Of a DNA stretch of 64,000 nucleotides, positions 1-9,161 are shown piece by piece (the stretch's first letter is position 1; each line of letters starts with the position of its first letter). The notes under the pieces are model-generated. The model saw only the letters and a list, made by a program, of their open reading frames with translations. It was not told the origin of the DNA and did no database searches. The translations under genes and the position numbers were made by a program. Origin of the DNA: Candidatus Poribacteria bacterium (lineage in GTDB: Bacteria; Poribacteria; WGA-4E; PCPOR2b); contig OZ242326.1 of the NCBI GenBank assembly GCA_965208325.1, positions 704,001 through 768,000 of the forward strand. Reading direction: 5' to 3'.

Positions 1-231
1 CTTACGTTCGCCTTCTCGATGCCAAGGGCGTGCATCCCAATTGTCCTTCAACTTCTCCAAAACTGCTTCAGAAATTCCTTCCATTTGAATATCCGAGATG
101 CCGCTGCATATCACGAAAAAATCTGTAAAGCCCGCCATGGCTCGCAAATCGAGAATCGAGGTATTGTGCGCCTTTCGGCTCAACGCAGCAGCTGCGGCAG
201 CTTTCGCCATGTCCAGTGTGTTTTCTTCCAC
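1..231 (-). CDS. rsfS: Ribosome silencing factor RsfS (Iojap family), 5' part; runs off the window edge
   Basis: Not in the ORF track. Manual translation from GTG at 231 (GGAG upstream) gives ...AAAAALSRKAHNTSILDLRAMAGFTDFFVICSGISDIQMEGISEAV..., matching the RsfS K-A...LDL...TDxFVICSG.S..Q pattern. It sits downstream of nadD-yqeK, its usual position. Confidence 0.9.
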   Translation of the reverse strand, partial: MEENTLDMAKAAAAAALSRKAHNTSILDLRAMAGFTDFFVICSGISDIQMEGISEAVLEKLKDNWDARPWHREGERK

Positions 232-283
232 GTTGGCTCCTTTTCGAAGTGTTACCATGAACAGTTTTCCGGATTCCTAAGAA

Positions 284-901
284 TTATCCGGCGCTGCAGG
301 TTTTTCGCAATGCGGCGTTGTAGGCGTCAATTGTGTTCGGGTGGATGGCCTTTCCTTTAATGAGCAGCTGCTCAATTTTGTAACGGCTGACTTCTAATAC
401 CGCCCGGTTCAAATCTTGATAGGCCAATTTAAGGACGATATCCGCCTCTCTATAAGGGCGCTGCGGTTCAGCAAAATCGGCGACGTACAATATCGCGTCG
501 ATAAGCGTCATTGCGCCACTGCCGGTAGTGTGCAGGCGAATGGCGCTGAGAATTTCAGGATGGTCGATGCCAAAACGCTTAACGGCCAGCTCCGCACCGA
601 TGCGCGCATGCAAAATCGATGGGTTGGCACGCTCAATGACTTCAAGATGAAGTCCGAAATGCGCTGCGGATTTGAACAATTGCTCGGCACTCATCCATTT
701 TGCGCAATCGTGCAGCAGTGCGGCAAAATTTAACTTTTGTAAATCGGCAGAATATCTTCTCGCCAAATCAACTGCCGTGTCACGTACAGAAAGGACGTGC
801 ACATAACGTCTTGGCTGGAGTTTCTCTTTGAGGTAACGCTGGATTTCAATGGTCTTAGGGTTTTCCAGCGAATCGCTGTCCGCGCCGACATCTTTATTCA
901 T
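284..901 (-). CDS. yqeK: HD-domain bis(5'-nucleosyl)-tetraphosphatase YqeK
   Basis: RYVHVLSV, LLHDCAK, LHARIGA, HTTG and YVADFAEP.R motifs; nadD-yqeK-rsfS context. Confidence 0.9.
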   Translation of the reverse strand: MNKDVGADSDSLENPKTIEIQRYLKEKLQPRRYVHVLSVRDTAVDLARRYSADLQKLNFAALLHDCAKWMSAEQLFKSAAHFGLHLEVIERANPSILHARIGAELAVKRFGIDHPEILSAIRLHTTGSGAMTLIDAILYVADFAEPQRPYREADIVLKLAYQDLNRAVLEVSRYKIEQLLIKGKAIHPNTIDAYNAALRKTCSAG

Positions 902-1145
902 CGTTACTGTTAATGTCGTCTACTCTTCCCGCCTTTGACAGGAATTGCGAGAATGCCTCCCGCTCTTCATTCGTCATAGCTTGTAAACTGGGCAATGGTG
1001 TGCTAATTTTGTACTCCTCGTTGAACCATTTGCCTAAGTCAATAGATTTACAACGAGAACTACAGAAAGGAAAGTGGGGCGGCAACTCTTTACCGTTATC
1101 ATCAAATTCGTAGGATTCGCCACAGATACTGCATCGGAGGGTCAA
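894..1145 (-). CDS. yacG: DNA gyrase inhibitor YacG-like zinc finger
   Basis: CSIC...FPFCSSRCKSIDLGKWF signature. Confidence 0.85.
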   Translation of the reverse strand: MTLRCSICGESYEFDDNGKELPPHFPFCSSRCKSIDLGKWFNEEYKISTPLPSLQAMTNEEREAFSQFLSKAGRVDDINSNDE

Positions 1146-1155
1146 TCTGCATCAC

Positions 1156-1737
1156 CTATCTGTAAAGTTCATGTTGAAAAATGTAGTCTTCTACAGTATG
1201 GGGCACTAGGTATCGGATAGAACGTCTTTCCCGAACACGCTCGCGAATTTCGGACGCTGAAATATTGAGACCGGTAATCGAGTAAACCTGGACGCGGTTG
1301 TGAATGTTAGGAAGCGCTTCGTCCATACAGTAGTTAGGCCGCGTGGTTGCAATGAAATGGCAGGTCTCGAGCAACTCATCAAAATCCTTCCAGATTGTGA
1401 ATTCAATAAGCGAGTCCGCGCCAATAATCCACGCGAGTTGGCACGCGTCCCCGTAAATTGATTGCAACTCCTTTATGGTCTGAATTGCGTAGGATGCGCC
1501 GTTGCGATCCAATTCAATCCGCGAGACCTCAAAATCAGGGTTGTCTTTTATCGCCAACTGGGTCATCTGATAGCGATGTTCAGGATCGATGATGTCCCAA
1601 GGTTCTTTATGAGGTGGACGCGCAGATGGGATAAAGAGAACCTTGTCGTAACCTAATCCATCGCGCACCTGCTCTGCACTCAGCAAGTGGGCGTTATGAA
1701 TGGGGTTAAACGTGCCTCCCATAATAGCAATTTTCAT
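1156..1737 (-). CDS. nadD: Nicotinate-nucleotide adenylyltransferase
   Basis: GGTFNPIHNAH, PPHK, IIGADS and ISASEIR motifs. Confidence 0.95.
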   Translation of the reverse strand: MKIAIMGGTFNPIHNAHLLSAEQVRDGLGYDKVLFIPSARPPHKEPWDIIDPEHRYQMTQLAIKDNPDFEVSRIELDRNGASYAIQTIKELQSIYGDACQLAWIIGADSLIEFTIWKDFDELLETCHFIATTRPNYCMDEALPNIHNRVQVYSITGLNISASEIRERVRERRSIRYLVPHTVEDYIFQHELYR

Positions 1738-1944
1738 GATGGCAGTTACGATTCGATCGGGTACGGTACGGTTTACGCCTATACTGAAGGTTCTTTAATA
1801 ATGTCATTTTCCCGATTGAATTATACTTACTGTGTGAACACATGTCAATAAGAAACCTAACCCTTCGCTGCCGCATAGCGAGATTGTAAGGGCAGCGGGT
1901 TGATTGATTGATGGCTTTTCTTGGGCTGTTCCCGTGTTCCAATC

Positions 1945-2901
1945 TCACACCGGACCACGCTTCTCATTTTCCCGCCTTTTTACGCTAGCTGGAAATCGAT
2001 TGACAAGATAGATACCAAGCACAACCAAAGGTGTCCCAATGCCGAGGCCGTGGGTTAATGGCTCCTTAAGGAGTACGTAGCTGAGCGCGATTCCCCAGAG
2101 CGGCGTTGTAAAAAACAGGACGGCGACCCGGCTGGGAGGGTAGTATTTCAGCACCAGAGTCCACGCAACAAGACAGAAACCCGCAACCACCGCACCCTGA
2201 TACAAAACGGCAAACAATGCGGGATTAGAAAATCCATAGCCGACTTTCCCTTCGAAAATTGCACTCAATATGAAAAAACACGGTATCCCCACCGCCATCT
2301 GGGAGGTAAGTAATCGATATGGGTGAATCGACTGAACCAGCCGATTTGTCAGAGTAATTAGTAGACCAAGCTGGAATCCGCTTAGAAGCGTTAGCAAATC
2401 GCCGGCGAGATGTCCGCTCGTGTCACCGATTAGGTTGTCACGAAAGACAATCAAAATTCCACTAAATGCGACGATTAATCCCACGGTTTTCCATCGACCC
2501 AACCTATCTCCCGGAACGATGAAATGTGAGACGATGGCGACAAAGAATGGATGCGTGTTGACGAAGACTACCGACCGCCCTGCGTGCGTGAGGTTCGTAC
2601 CCCAATTTAAGCAGGTTGTTTGCCCGGTAAATAGGAGTCCGAATAGGAGCAACCGCAAGAGTTCGTCCGTCTTAGGTTTCAGAGACACTCCTTGTGAGGT
2701 TGCCCATAACGCGATAACGAACAACCCAATCGAATACCTTAATCCTGCCAGAGCGAACGGCGCGAATTGCTGAAGTCCAACCTTAATCGAAACGGAAATG
2801 CCGCCCCAAAGCAGCGCCAAAAATAGCACGAACAACACTACTTTTACCGGAACATCGACTTCACCGGTTTTTTGATTCGATTTTGGCCGCATCCATTTCA
2901 C
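1945..2901 (-). CDS. DMT/EamA-family transporter
   Basis: About 10 TM helices in two repeats; LWG, P..LAGLR, GD.L.LLS motifs. Confidence 0.85.
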   Translation of the reverse strand: MKWMRPKSNQKTGEVDVPVKVVLFVLFLALLWGGISVSIKVGLQQFAPFALAGLRYSIGLFVIALWATSQGVSLKPKTDELLRLLLFGLLFTGQTTCLNWGTNLTHAGRSVVFVNTHPFFVAIVSHFIVPGDRLGRWKTVGLIVAFSGILIVFRDNLIGDTSGHLAGDLLTLLSGFQLGLLITLTNRLVQSIHPYRLLTSQMAVGIPCFFILSAIFEGKVGYGFSNPALFAVLYQGAVVAGFCLVAWTLVLKYYPPSRVAVLFFTTPLWGIALSYVLLKEPLTHGLGIGTPLVVLGIYLVNRFPASVKRRENEKRGPV

Positions 2902-2985
2902 TATTTACAATGAGCTCCTTACCTTGGTTCTATTATTTGCAAGTTCAGTCAGTATCAGTGGATTGTCCACGTACCGAATAAATTC

Positions 2986-3549
2986 CTATGGAAACTCTTC
3001 TGTCTCACGCAATTTGGCTTCCGATGAACAATCGTTCTTCGATTCTTGGTCGATTTCAAAATGTATTTCTGCAAGGTTGGGAAGTAACAATATGTATGCG
3101 TCTTCGCCGTCGTCCGGATAATATTTCCGGCGAATGTCGGCAATCTCAAAACCAAACTGCCGATAAAGGTTTAACGCCGGCAGATTACTGGTACGCACCT
3201 CCAAGAAGACTGTTCTTCCGCCCTTTTCCCTAATGTGCTCTAGCGATCGCGCGAGTAGGTATTTGCCAACATTTTGGCGGCGGTAAGCTGGAGACACCGC
3301 GAAGTTTGTGATATGAACGTAATCCTCAACTATTAAAAAGTTAATAAATGCAATCGGCGCGCCTTTAGCGCGAGCGACGAGAAAATGGCAGTGTGGATTC
3401 GTCCGGTTTGCGCCCTGCGTAAAGGCAATCTCTGGCCAAGGGAAAGTAAATGATTGGCGTTCAATCTCCAACACAATCGGAAGATCGCTTTGCTGCATAT
3501 GATTAATTTGAATGTCGATTGGAGGTAGATTTACGTTGACAACTTTCAA
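2986..3549 (-). CDS. rimI: Ribosomal protein S18-alanine N-acetyltransferase (GNAT)
   Basis: IERQSF..PW, HITNFAVSPAYRRQNVG, LEVRTSN..A..LY..FGF and RRKYY...EDA motifs. Exact start uncertain. Confidence 0.9.
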   Translation of the reverse strand: MKVVNVNLPPIDIQINHMQQSDLPIVLEIERQSFTFPWPEIAFTQGANRTNPHCHFLVARAKGAPIAFINFLIVEDYVHITNFAVSPAYRRQNVGKYLLARSLEHIREKGGRTVFLEVRTSNLPALNLYRQFGFEIADIRRKYYPDDGEDAYILLLPNLAEIHFEIDQESKNDCSSEAKLRETEEFP

Positions 3550-3611
3550 CTTGGGGTTCTATCCTATTTCAGCCTTGATTCGCCTCGCCGAACGCTCAAT
3601 CTCACTGCTTC

Positions 3612-3640
3612 ATTGTAGCCCCAAGATGTCCTCCTGTCAA
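3612..3640 (-). promoter_or_regulatory. sigma70-type promoter for rimI
   Basis: Minus strand TTGACA-17 bp-TACAAT about 60 bp upstream of rimI. Confidence 0.6.
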
Positions 3641-3930
3641 TCCTGTTATGCAGAGTTGTTAACACGGTAAACGATGGAAATGCTTGACAGACAGACGATA
3701 TAGAAACTAAAATTTGGTGAATGCGAATGCGTTCAGAAAGATAGGCTGACCAAAGCAAATTCTAGCGTTCGATTCGTTATCTCCACGGCATAATAACATC
3801 CAAATTACTCAGAGAGGGATAATTGCAATTTGGGTTGTAATTAATCATGATTTCTCCGGGAATTCCCCCTGTATCTGGAATTGTCAAAAAAGGAGCGTGG
3901 GTTTAATTTACTAATAAAAAGGTAACCAAT

Positions 3931-4674
3931 ATGACACCTACACCTGTCCTAGTGTCTTGGTCATCAGGTAAAGACTCCGCATGGGCGCTCTACACGCTGC
4001 GCAATCAGCCAGAACGTTATGACGTCCGCGGAATATTTACTACGATAACTAGAACATTTGATAGGGTTTCAATTCATTCTACACCATCGTGGATTTTAGA
4101 GCAGCAAGCCCAGAGATTGGACCTACCGCTGTACGAGATTCCTATCCCGTATCCCTGCTCTAACTCACAGTATGAGTCCGCAATGAGAGCGTTCCTTAAT
4201 CAAATTCAGGAACTGCCCGCGGATATCGCCGCGTCACATCTTGCATTTGGAGACCTCTTCCTAGAGGACATTCGGAAGTATCGCGAGGATAAACTGCGCG
4301 GGACGGGCTTCACACCGATTTTCCCTGTATGGGGGCAAGACACCACGCTACTTGCTCGAAGGATGATTGAGTCGAGAATGCGGGCGATTGTTACTGCGCT
4401 TAATCCAACCATGATACCAGCAGAGTTCGCCGGCAGATGGTTCGATTCCAACTTTCTAGCGGACTTACCGGAGGAAGTAGACCCGCTTGGCGAGAACGGA
4501 GAGTTTCATACGTGTGTCGTTGATGGTCCGATGTTCAGCAGCGCTATTCCAGCCAAACCCGGAAGAATTGTAGAGCGAAAAATTGCCGCCGCGTCAAATG
4601 AAGGTGATGACCTTGACAACGCCGGCAATGACTCTCCGGCGTACGTCTACGCTGACGTAATTCCATTGACCTAA
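3931..4674 (+). CDS. PP-loop ATP pyrophosphatase, diphthine-ammonia ligase (Dph6/DUF71)-like
   Basis: SWSSGKDS PP-loop, FGDLFLED..YRE and DPLGENGEFHT.V.DGP motifs. Confidence 0.85.
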   Translation: MTPTPVLVSWSSGKDSAWALYTLRNQPERYDVRGIFTTITRTFDRVSIHSTPSWILEQQAQRLDLPLYEIPIPYPCSNSQYESAMRAFLNQIQELPADIAASHLAFGDLFLEDIRKYREDKLRGTGFTPIFPVWGQDTTLLARRMIESRMRAIVTALNPTMIPAEFAGRWFDSNFLADLPEEVDPLGENGEFHTCVVDGPMFSSAIPAKPGRIVERKIAAASNEGDDLDNAGNDSPAYVYADVIPLT

Positions 4675-4825
4675 TGCTTTCCTACCAAATTCCGCAACAA
4701 GCTGTTGCTCCAAGCCGCCATTGTCTGATCTGAAACTTAGGAAGGCAACACGTATCGTATGAACCTCCGTTGGTTTTGTCCACGGATTGCCGCGTATTGG
4801 TAACGAAGAACATTCCCTCGCGATA

Positions 4826-6706
4826 TTAGTTTTGTGGGGGGATTACGGTCGACAATGTCTCGATGAGTTCGTCTAGGTACACGTGCCGAAAGAACTCTGA
4901 AAGCCGCTTCTGTCTCGGTTTCATCGGGAGCAATAAAAAATCGGAACGGCTAACTTGGATGGTTTCAAATACCATGCGGTAGGCGTGACTTGTGGCGTAG
5001 CCAACAACCAGCGCATAATAGTCGGCATATTTATCGAGATAGGCGTTGAACCTATCGGCGCCCAACTGGATTTGCGCGATGTTTCTGGGAGACAACTGGA
5101 AATCGTAGCGCACGACGGGTTCTTCAGTTTCAAATTCTTCAGGTACTGGCCCGTAAAGCCCCGAAAGCGTAACCTTGTGAATCTCCTGTTGATTCTCTCC
5201 AAAAGCCGCTTGAAGCCTAGTGTTGATGATAGCGTGTGTACGAGACAGCGAATACGGCTTTTTCCCCGCACAGGGTATTGACAAAAGAACCTTCGTGTCC
5301 CTAGGGGGTACATAACTATCTGGAATGACAAAGGAATCTGGTGTGTAATTCAGCGAGAGGCTCCTCGCTTCTTGGCTCGTAGTCTGGAAGAGTTCCAGTT
5401 GATTGGGGTTCCTCTTACCGGCGCGCCGGTTTTCTGAGGTAGGGGCTGCCGCAATCGTTCTCGCCATTCGGCTGGCAAAAGATTCATCGTTCGCCATCAA
5501 CCAGTCGATAGCCGCACGTATGCCGCGGCCAGATGAGGCATGCCGGCATATTTCTTCCAGCGCATCATCGGCTTCAATCGCACGTTTCATGCGTGACAGC
5601 AACTCTGTTTCCAACTCGAGATTGTGCAAGGCGATCGCCGCATAATATTCGCTCTTATATTTTCCGGTCGAGGTCCGTTTATAGCTTGCCGCTTCCATTA
5701 AGGCGCCCTGCATCTCATCAAGCGAAACCTCGCTGCATATTCGGCACGTACAAGTTAGCTCATCCAACTCCATTAGTTTTCGCTTTGCTCGGGTCAATGG
5801 ATCCGCATAGTTGAGGCCGCGCGCCGACTGAATGTAGCTTGTGCTGTCAAAGCTATCAATTCCCATGTATGCCAGGATAGGCGCGAGTTCGCCTGAGACC
5901 CCGAATGCGTGGATGGGCGTATGCGGGCGTGCTGAATCCGGAATTGCCCTTTGAACCCCGCAGATTCGTTCGAGCACCTCCGAATCCTGCTTCCCGCGCA
6001 GCGGCACTAAGGAGCCGATCGCAAGCCCGAATGCGGGCAGCACGCCCGTAAGACGGTCAAAAACCCTTTTGACATAATCTTCAATATCCGACTGAGACTG
6101 CCCATGGCAGCATACGTATAAAAAGGGCGGTTGCGCTTTGGTTGAGAGCAAAGTTCCTACGCGGCAGGCGTTCTCCAAACTGAGGCTCATCCGTTTTTCG
6201 GCTTCCGAGCGTTCTAACCCCGGCGGTAACGGATAATCTAAGGAAGCGAAGATTTCTCCGCCAACGTCCTCTTGGAGCGCAAGAATATCATCGGCTTCGG
6301 TCTCTTTTTCAATACCAAATTCCGTCAGGTCCAACCCCGCGTTGTAAAGCAGCTTAAATCCGCCGGAGTCGAGAAACAGCGGGGCATTGTAGGCACCGTT
6401 TACCTCTTGGTACCATTCACGAATGGATTTATTTCGCCACTTCGCTAAGATTTTGCCATTGATGGGAAAGTCTAGAAAGTGGAGGACTTGTGATAACATC
6501 GGCGTGTCGCGCTTCATTAAATCACGGAGCAGATATTTCCATAGTCCGCCGCCGCGCGGAGTAGAGCCGGTCATAAATGAAACCACCGGATACAAAATCG
6601 GTGTTGACAGTGGTGATAAAACTTCGCCATTCCGTAGCAATTGAAGTTCGCCAATTCTGCCGTTTTTTCTTTGAACAATCGTATGGTAGGTTGGGGTTGC
6701 GGTCAT
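4826..6706 (-). CDS. tRNA-guanine transglycosylase (archaeal-like) fused to an ArcS/DUF5591-like C-terminal domain
   Basis: FLDSGGF, SLDYP, AIGSLVP, PIHAFG, GIDSFDSTSY and Zn site CTCRIC...ALHNL; C-terminal PCAGKKPYSLSRTH and SGLYGPVP.E.E. Confidence 0.85.
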   Translation of the reverse strand: MTATPTYHTIVQRKNGRIGELQLLRNGEVLSPLSTPILYPVVSFMTGSTPRGGGLWKYLLRDLMKRDTPMLSQVLHFLDFPINGKILAKWRNKSIREWYQEVNGAYNAPLFLDSGGFKLLYNAGLDLTEFGIEKETEADDILALQEDVGGEIFASLDYPLPPGLERSEAEKRMSLSLENACRVGTLLSTKAQPPFLYVCCHGQSQSDIEDYVKRVFDRLTGVLPAFGLAIGSLVPLRGKQDSEVLERICGVQRAIPDSARPHTPIHAFGVSGELAPILAYMGIDSFDSTSYIQSARGLNYADPLTRAKRKLMELDELTCTCRICSEVSLDEMQGALMEAASYKRTSTGKYKSEYYAAIALHNLELETELLSRMKRAIEADDALEEICRHASSGRGIRAAIDWLMANDESFASRMARTIAAAPTSENRRAGKRNPNQLELFQTTSQEARSLSLNYTPDSFVIPDSYVPPRDTKVLLSIPCAGKKPYSLSRTHAIINTRLQAAFGENQQEIHKVTLSGLYGPVPEEFETEEPVVRYDFQLSPRNIAQIQLGADRFNAYLDKYADYYALVVGYATSHAYRMVFETIQVSRSDFLLLPMKPRQKRLSEFFRHVYLDELIETLSTVIPPQN

Positions 6707-6938
6707 AGTAGGACGTTTTTATAACAGTGCATTAAAGGGTAAGGACGCAACGGAATTGGACGGTAATTTTTTACACTGGCGAATCACAAGGTAAACACGC
6801 GGTTAGGTGCGTTTTTCATATGGAGAATTTAAAATCACTTGCGCAATTTAGCGTCGGCGAACTTGCGGGATGCGCACAAGTAAAGACAACGGTCATGTTG
6901 CGGGGCGATGGGCGTCGTTAAGATGGCACGCTCGCCCT

Positions 6939-7748
6939 CTATCGTCTCACTGACTGCGTTGGACTCAGGAACGGGGTTTTGAGCATGCCCCAAACTGTCT
7001 GCCATTGAAATTCATCGAATTCAGATAGCCCTAGTTCAATGCTCCTCGGCTGCTCTTTCAATCGAACCGTTCTTGCGACTCGATCCCAGACTGAAAAGAT
7101 GCTCGAATAGTTAGAGTCGGTTTCCGGCTGAAATCGGGAGTGATGCACGCGGTGCATATTGGGAGAGACGAGTAACGCTCGAAGGCAGCGATCGTATTTT
7201 TCAGGCAAGTTAACGTTGCTATGATGGAATTGTATCACCGGGAGAAGAATCAGCTCATACAGGATGACTTGCCACAAGTCTAGTCCTATCAAAGGGATGA
7301 CCCCAAGCCTCAAGATTGACGAGATTACCAGTTCGCCGGTGTGAAAACGCGTGGCGGTCGTCACATCCATGTTGGGGTCGCTGTGATGCATTCGATGGAA
7401 ACGCCAAAGGAATGGAATAGCATGATTGGCGCGGTGCCACAAATACATCCAGCTGTCAAACACTAGAATGGCAATTAACGTCTCTGCCCAGATTGGCAAA
7501 TTCAAAGCGTGCAACAATCCGATGCCGCGTTCATGGCTCCAGCCAGCAACCATGGCGGTCAAGCCGGAAAAGGCAAATCCGATAATCGCCGTGTTTATTA
7601 TGGCAATCGACAGGTTGCGTCCAGCGTGCCGAACCCGATGTCGGCGTTCCCGGAACAGCGGCAGCCAAGTTTCTACACACCAAAGAATCAGTAAAACAGC
7701 GATTCCCAATAGCGTCTTGGTCCCGCTAAGCGTTGCTGCGAAATCCAT
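6939..7748 (-). CDS. Sterol desaturase / fatty-acid hydroxylase family membrane di-iron enzyme
   Basis: His boxes WHRANH, FHRMHH, FHHSN, HRVHH and NYSSIFSVWDR. Confidence 0.9.
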   Translation of the reverse strand: MDFAATLSGTKTLLGIAVLLILWCVETWLPLFRERRHRVRHAGRNLSIAIINTAIIGFAFSGLTAMVAGWSHERGIGLLHALNLPIWAETLIAILVFDSWMYLWHRANHAIPFLWRFHRMHHSDPNMDVTTATRFHTGELVISSILRLGVIPLIGLDLWQVILYELILLPVIQFHHSNVNLPEKYDRCLRALLVSPNMHRVHHSRFQPETDSNYSSIFSVWDRVARTVRLKEQPRSIELGLSEFDEFQWQTVWGMLKTPFLSPTQSVRR

Positions 7749-7859
7749 TTTCCTACCCTAAGGTTGAGCCCAAGCCTATCTGTGCGTGCTCGCCGTTCTA
7801 TTCGGTCATATGATTCGCACCGAAAAGTAAAGTGCAATGGGTTGTGGTATGACCTATTT

Positions 7860-9086
7860 TCACTCTCCAATCACAACGCCGTATTGGGCGACAACTGCGC
7901 CTCTGTGAATGCCTTGATAATGCAAGTGCCGCTCACCAACGATTGACTGCGTGCTCTGGACTTCGACGGTACCGATCACATCTCCCATGGCGTTTTCGTC
8001 AACATCCCAGCAGCAGAAGGGTTTAATGGTGTTGTGTAGTTGCCTGAGTATATTTGCATGCCTGTCACGAATCACGATGTTTACCATTGCATCTGCCTCA
8101 TCAACGTTCAAGAACCGAAACCAGTCGTGCGACCCGGTGTGGATTTCGGGGAAAAAGAGGTGCCGCCCAACATGGCCTCCCTCCGCAGATGCACCCGGGA
8201 GATCGACTATACTTGTCCCGCTGTGCATATGGCGTTCCGCTGCAATGGACTCGTCGCTCCGAGCTTCAAGGGAAGATTTTATTTTGATTGCATCCATATC
8301 AGGCGTCCAGCATTCAAATGAGCCAAGAGTCTGTTCGTCCGACCATACAGGGTTACCCGTGCCATCCTCTCTTGCTATGAGCGTAACTTTTGCTTCTTCC
8401 TGCCCAACATTCACAACAATTGCCCAATCGTTCCATGCGGGCCCAACTTCAGGGAAGTAAAGTGTGGTTGGACCGTCTGAAATAACCTGCCCGAATTGCC
8501 CCACGGACGTCTGTCCACCCTGATAGTGCAGATGCCGTTCGCCAACAATGAGTTGCGTACTCTGCACTTCGACAGTTCCAACCACATTTCCCATGGCCTC
8601 CTCCGCGAGATCCCAAGTACAAAGCGGTGGTATCTGCCGATGGTGCTGTCTAATAACGTCCCCATTTCTGTTCCGAATTACCATGTTCACCAACGCTTCT
8701 GCTTCCCCAACATTCAAAAATCGGAACCAGTCCCGTGCGCCGGACACCAGTTCTGGGAAAAAAAGACGTAAACCGACAGTTTCATATTCGACCGCTGCAC
8801 CCACAAAATCCATAACATTGGAGCCGCCGTGCATATGCCGCTCTGCAACAATCGGCTGGTCAGCCGTGAGTTGCATGGAGGAATTCTCTCCAATTGCTTC
8901 AACGTTCGGTGTCCAGCATTCAAATGCATCAACCTCCTTCTCCTCGGACCAGGTAGGCTGACCGTTTGCCGGATTCCTCGCGATCGCCAATACTTTAGTG
9001 GGTTCAGTTCCGACATTGACGACCTGTACCCAATCCACCCATGCGGGCCCGAGTTCAGGAAAATAGAGTGTTGTTGCTCCTGGCAT
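7860..9086 (-). CDS. Hypothetical protein with an internal tandem duplication (4 related beta-rich repeats)
   Basis: GGAG upstream of ATG. Halves begin TTLYFPELGPAW and TTLYFPEVGPAW; four segments end in ERH(M/L)H. Confidence 0.8.
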   Translation of the reverse strand: MPGATTLYFPELGPAWVDWVQVVNVGTEPTKVLAIARNPANGQPTWSEEKEVDAFECWTPNVEAIGENSSMQLTADQPIVAERHMHGGSNVMDFVGAAVEYETVGLRLFFPELVSGARDWFRFLNVGEAEALVNMVIRNRNGDVIRQHHRQIPPLCTWDLAEEAMGNVVGTVEVQSTQLIVGERHLHYQGGQTSVGQFGQVISDGPTTLYFPEVGPAWNDWAIVVNVGQEEAKVTLIAREDGTGNPVWSDEQTLGSFECWTPDMDAIKIKSSLEARSDESIAAERHMHSGTSIVDLPGASAEGGHVGRHLFFPEIHTGSHDWFRFLNVDEADAMVNIVIRDRHANILRQLHNTIKPFCCWDVDENAMGDVIGTVEVQSTQSIVGERHLHYQGIHRGAVVAQYGVVIGE

Positions 9087-9161
9087 CGTTACATCTCCTA
9101 AAAATTAGATACACATATTACCAATGTCTCGGCGTAGAACATAGTCAGCTAAATTTATCTC

